Shown here one piece after another: positions 61,801 through 64,000 of a stretch of DNA of 64,000 nt. The notes below the pieces were generated by a model, which made no database searches, had not been told where the DNA came from, and saw nothing but the letters and a program-made list of their open reading frames with translations. Source of the stretch: Pelagomonas calceolata (Eukaryota). The DNA lies in contig CAKKNE010000004.1 in NCBI GenBank assembly GCA_918797485.1, positions 2,790,001 through 2,854,000 of the forward strand, in the 5' to 3' direction. Numbering within the stretch: the first letter of the stretch is position 1; each line of letters opens with the position of its first letter. Made by a program: the position numbers and the translations under genes.

Positions 61801-63998
61801 GCGCCGAGCAACTTCGCAAAGCCTTCGGCCTCCTCATCTTGAGTACCAATGCAGAACGCGAAGGAAAATAACCCCTCGTTCCGCACCTCGAAGGTCCTTT
61901 CCCTCGGTTCGTCGTTATAGCGGCAGCACCCAAAAGCAATACCCCGCTGCGGTCCCACTCGGAACCGCGGGTATAAGGACGACGCCGCCACGGTCACGGG
62001 GAAGGATTCCACCGCTTCGCCCGTGTGCGGCTCCGAAATAGTGCATATTATATCTTTATTGGCTTGCAATCGTACTTCTGATGCTGCGCAGAACGTCACG
62101 ACAATTCTCTCTGACGCATCGGCTGCCAGTGTACCTTGTTCAGGGAACACACTGAATACGTTCGAGTAGGCCTCGCGCTTGAACCCGAAGGAGTAGGAAA
62201 TGTCGTACTTGCCTCGGTTGCGCAATGAAAACCCGAGCTGCGCCGTCACCCCAACTCGTTGCTGGCCAAAGTCCAGCACCCCAGGCTTGGCCTTCTCGTC
62301 CTGATCACCTTCTTCGTCGATGGCCACGGCCTTGATGAAGTAGGCTTCGGCCTTGACCGGGAGTTCCAGCGTCTTGACCCTATCCTCCAAACCTCCTTCG
62401 TCGTCCGAGTAGTTGATCAAAATAGTAGGTGCGACCTCGATGGCTTCGACAGCGGTAAACGACACCACGATGCGCTGACTCCCGTGGATCTTCATCACGC
62501 CCTCGGTCGGCGTCACGCGCAGCTCCCGGTCGAACTCTTCCAATTGAGACAAATCAAGCTTCCACGCGACGGCACACAACGACGTGTTTTTCAGGACGAA
62601 CTCCCTCGTTTCACTTCTACCTAATAATAACCGGTCGAAGTCTAGCAACACCGATGATTCCTCTTCCGAAACACCGTCTTGATCAGACCAGGGCCCTTCC
62701 ATCTCGACCAGAGGTTCCACACCCGTACAGGTCAACGCGAACGCGTAGGGCTCCGGGTTCTGCGCTACCGAAGCGTAGAGCGTGTCCTTCACTTCTCCTA
62801 CCTCAGAAGGAAAGGCCCACACTGCTAAGTCTTTCGTGTCACCTGGCTCGAGTTCCATCACCTCCTCATCGACGGAGAAGACCGTGTCTTCCCGTCCGAA
62901 ATCCAGGTTGATGGTCGTAGCGAAGGGCCCGTTGTTCGACATTCTCAAAATGTCACAATTGCTCTTTACCTTGTCTCCTTCGTCGTCTTTCATGGAGGCC
63001 GTCTTCCAGGTCAGCAAGGGCCCGAAGTCGTACTCGTTCTGACTCAGGACGAACCTCTTGGATACGGGAGGCTTCGGCGGTCGGGACGGGTTCTTGACTC
63101 TCGACATGAAAACATTTCTTGGATCGGCATTAAGAGTGGGCACGGCACAGCTACCAGCACAAGGTAATGCTACCTCTGATGAGGGTGCACCAACAACTTC
63201 AAAGCATAGTGAAGCGTTCGTCAGTCCCACGCGCTTGGAATCGAACTTGACGGCGAATCTCACGGAACCGCGGGCGGGGATGACCCACCTGCTTCGAGTC
63301 TCGGGGTCGTACTCCGGCAACGGCTCTTCGTCCTCTGGTGAAGGTGCGGGCGCCGGGGCAGCGGCCTCTTCATCGGTAGGTTCGGCCTCGGGCCGCGGCG
63401 GCTCGGGCACGAGGATGAACTGCGTCTGCGGGGCCCTCGAAGGACGTTCTCGAGGTCTCCTGACGAGCTGCTGCGTCACGGGCTCCGGGATTTTGAGGTA
63501 ACCGGGCTCGGGGAGCGGCTCCAAAGGTTGAGGTGCCGCATTCACAAGATTGTCCAGCGGCGCTTCACTGTCAAGGTCGATGACGAGCTCCTCGTTGATG
63601 GGCTCCAGAGGCGCGGGCTCCTCCTCCTTCGGCTGCTGCTGGTCTTCCGTAGCGACCGTCGAGTCGTCCGCCGCCTCCACGACCGCCGCGGTAATATCAG
63701 AAGCCTCGAGCGGCGCGGGCGCCGGCGCGGCGGCCTCCTCGACGGCTGCTTCTACTATAATAGGTTCCAGCACGCCGAACTGGACGAGGCGCTCCTCCGG
63801 CGCGAGCGACGGCGGCGGCGCCGGCGCGTCCTCTTCACCGTCGGCTTCGGGCGCCGGCGGCTCCGGTAACGCGTCGACGGCCGCCCTGAACGCCGCGCGC
63901 GCCTTCACAAGTGCTTCCTGGAACTCCTTGTGCGGCGCGGCCGCGTCCTCCGCTTCCGCGGGAGGCGCCGCCGGCTCCTCGGGCTCCGCGGCCTCCGG
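55887..63998 (-). CDS. HYDIN: HYDIN-like axonemal central-pair protein, C-terminal >2700 aa (5' end outside window)
   Basis: Frame open to the window edge; many tandem ASH/PapD-like Ig repeats (DFG..N.G..F.V.P..G.L.P..F.P); ends WVFYLKG. Confidence 0.85.
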   Translation of the reverse strand, partial: PEAAEPEEPAAPPAEAEDAAAPHKEFQEALVKARAAFRAAVDALPEPPAPEADGEEDAPAPPPSLAPEERLVQFGVLEPIIVEAAVEEAAAPAPAPLEASDITAAVVEAADDSTVATEDQQQPKEEEPAPLEPINEELVIDLDSEAPLDNLVNAAPQPLEPLPEPGYLKIPEPVTQQLVRRPRERPSRAPQTQFILVPEPPRPEAEPTDEEAAAPAPAPSPEDEEPLPEYDPETRSRWVIPARGSVRFAVKFDSKRVGLTNASLCFEVVGAPSSEVALPCAGSCAVPTLNADPRNVFMSRVKNPSRPPKPPVSKRFVLSQNEYDFGPLLTWKTASMKDDEGDKVKSNCDILRMSNNGPFATTINLDFGREDTVFSVDEEVMELEPGDTKDLAVWAFPSEVGEVKDTLYASVAQNPEPYAFALTCTGVEPLVEMEGPWSDQDGVSEEESSVLLDFDRLLLGRSETREFVLKNTSLCAVAWKLDLSQLEEFDRELRVTPTEGVMKIHGSQRIVVSFTAVEAIEVAPTILINYSDDEGGLEDRVKTLELPVKAEAYFIKAVAIDEEGDQDEKAKPGVLDFGQQRVGVTAQLGFSLRNRGKYDISYSFGFKREAYSNVFSVFPEQGTLAADASERIVVTFCAASEVRLQANKDIICTISEPHTGEAVESFPVTVAASSLYPRFRVGPQRGIAFGCCRYNDEPRERTFEVRNEGLFSFAFCIGTQDEEAEGFAKLLGATPPSLLLGSAHEDQARELGLLPPVVEPPAQEEDEDDKSYRQRLALHDKEQSVERRNFFAAATSVDDAAPPDAGSLTTKQFSITPSGGVVEPGQTLPVTVTFTPEGLQHHRDILKILVAGCDAEDKYIQSALNYELLAESRSPTIDYDNYYQIFEEQAVIGALEDDAPGGGLPMNACFAVAEKVFSFGTTTLMDDGKGIGERFKITNTSKVTSNVSFSINAKEGDDPRAQNASDCFVVQPTQWEVPPHEHRYVTVYFHARELREYRAVFLATVAEQSEDAIGALEFELAGKGTLPSVSVEGVSHEETGECVPFGRLQVGRTRSRTITVRNDGVLDATALINFSAEDKHFVCKHAGTSVSLKPGASQDVPILFRALPQKDGDGTDRDVSAKLAIKVIDNRYEASSIELRGATFETDLSIEDLPDGEEDDLKFGNLALGDGPTSLRAEFTLRNVRSSTVRFSWPDHDSVTFVPQIGHIPAGGARTVVASFNAPEPASVDEELVLQTQQISFDVKQPEPEEPAEEGTEEEPPASPSKESVLTIPKLPDGIWSDDAKIEREATEDEIALLDGEETPEGLTDGGTSLDGRRLVLVQVPEPEYEVIKEQTQTMRCVATADKPSYACETTSLQFNAIPMYQSLRATFQVENTSTIPLPYKMLMTNDGSPMTAASQRRPQTGGAVYEPIPCPFEIEPEEGSVTPSSSQTFVVHFSPIEVDDYQYVLDCVMPTLTASPGEEEPQAPIRITMRGRATRPACHIDLESDSDYLSRRAPNLLNEHGQKDQIESQNVRIVEVKSKGLRVQNRRRFLVTNPTASAYDFHWEPCGQPHASWKTPTPRGMILAGKRGEMIFEFTPSSTDTAEAFYRFEVPEHGISELFLFVGTVLEPRVAFDITRVDFGAIMLGSRCTETVHLVNSEHLPFAFNFEKPALDDESAVKKANKGPTLEITPLSGLVPPNGRAAVELSFRPTEEAVLNANLNCSIRKKKMKLSLNVKGEGYAVHSKLLLLEGTAAARAREEQEGTDGAVLDSGAGIPLGGEGITDLKPAPHINVVDFGLVHLNQSASKILAIANTGKFNFDYVLDRGDSPNPMLVMTGARQAGAVRKNGRVQASLTFHPVTPCQLDGGVYTVSIAGKYEYILKLAGTGAAPNLRFSFLEHDFASCFTVTPGQPPHKETVVLRVSNQDPSQNLSLDCTLPRNKILQVECGPRVLAPGEHVEVPIHFTPREIQDYAFQVPFLVNGVSTVHVKVEGKGVAARLELVQPQQADCSFGRVREGEDVTKHIQVVNRSARPLDFELLDEGGVLAAHDVSVNPRRVAGLKPKQVQSIEVRFAPQKRNRDFDHPLVLSYAGGLRPLAKVSGRATGMDVVLSTDTLAFGAVCEGSRRTRKLMLENAGDIATRFQWNQRTIGDLFTVSPLEGALRPETEIAFDVTFSPKAVNNDVRIDGMQLFVEGAAPLRLSCVGACVPQPDESKQTVSFESVARKECIEQVSIKNPTQKPIFVAPTLKHSELLEHFRAPAEVSIPAGGEASVDVQYFPLTMTSEEGYHSAELFVALPDGSAVLYNLQGKAGPPETLVIDPLTTPAKASLPITLPVQNWLSTPQHLDVAFELGEGSDDSTFLEGTSTFDVAGAETRNYVLRFYSYKVGTVTATATFTNPGSGEYITYELSVEVTEAGVVQTYNLEAPIRQTARRLITIDNPLPADAPVTFPDTWWSCDDPHVRLSRVGSMQGSPEGVFELEFRPLVPHEKKDTELVFSIDELGEFKYKLTLGATEPPAIPQLRFEAPLGGAQVETFRFRAYPAAGASGKFSCSVQNAQFFEVSGDCGTTGSDDWEGEMVEVQVKFEPEALGAISDTLVIDGGPQGEYKCLLKGVCRRPEPRGPFTVEQGSSATVEFRNVFGDTREFSFAVDHPDFSVGAAKASVNARSPTTCAVSFNPQPPPEDSTEPLQPVVSGRLLVDVEHNGEKITWVFYLKGLRKD

Positions 63999-64000
63999 CT

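Overview
Gene-dense, GC-rich, nearly intron-free eukaryotic nuclear DNA. It most resembles a pelagophyte alga (Pelagomonas/Aureococcus-like), inferred from bipartite plastid-targeting signals, an introner-type intron, the flagellar gene HYDIN and MYND-RING-TPR / ankyrin family genes. About 34 protein-coding genes are supported, including CLPTM1, a two-repeat CNBD K+ channel, UPF3, Vti1, SmG, ENT, Wss1-like protease, IspD, ITPase, RPL24, GT61 and the 3' part of HYDIN. Main non-coding observations: (1) a quasi-palindromic 22-24 bp element GCTAGCG-N2-4-GTAA-N2-3-CACTAGC seen 8 times, always intergenic and upstream of a gene; (2) a 3.0 kb cassette bounded by ~580 bp inverted repeats with a 329 bp identical core; (3) CTAG-rich elements just downstream of stop codons; (4) an introner element with 15 bp TIRs plus other structurally odd introns; (5) a candidate SmG-methyltransferase bicistron. 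All calls come from reading the sequence by eye; no database search was run.
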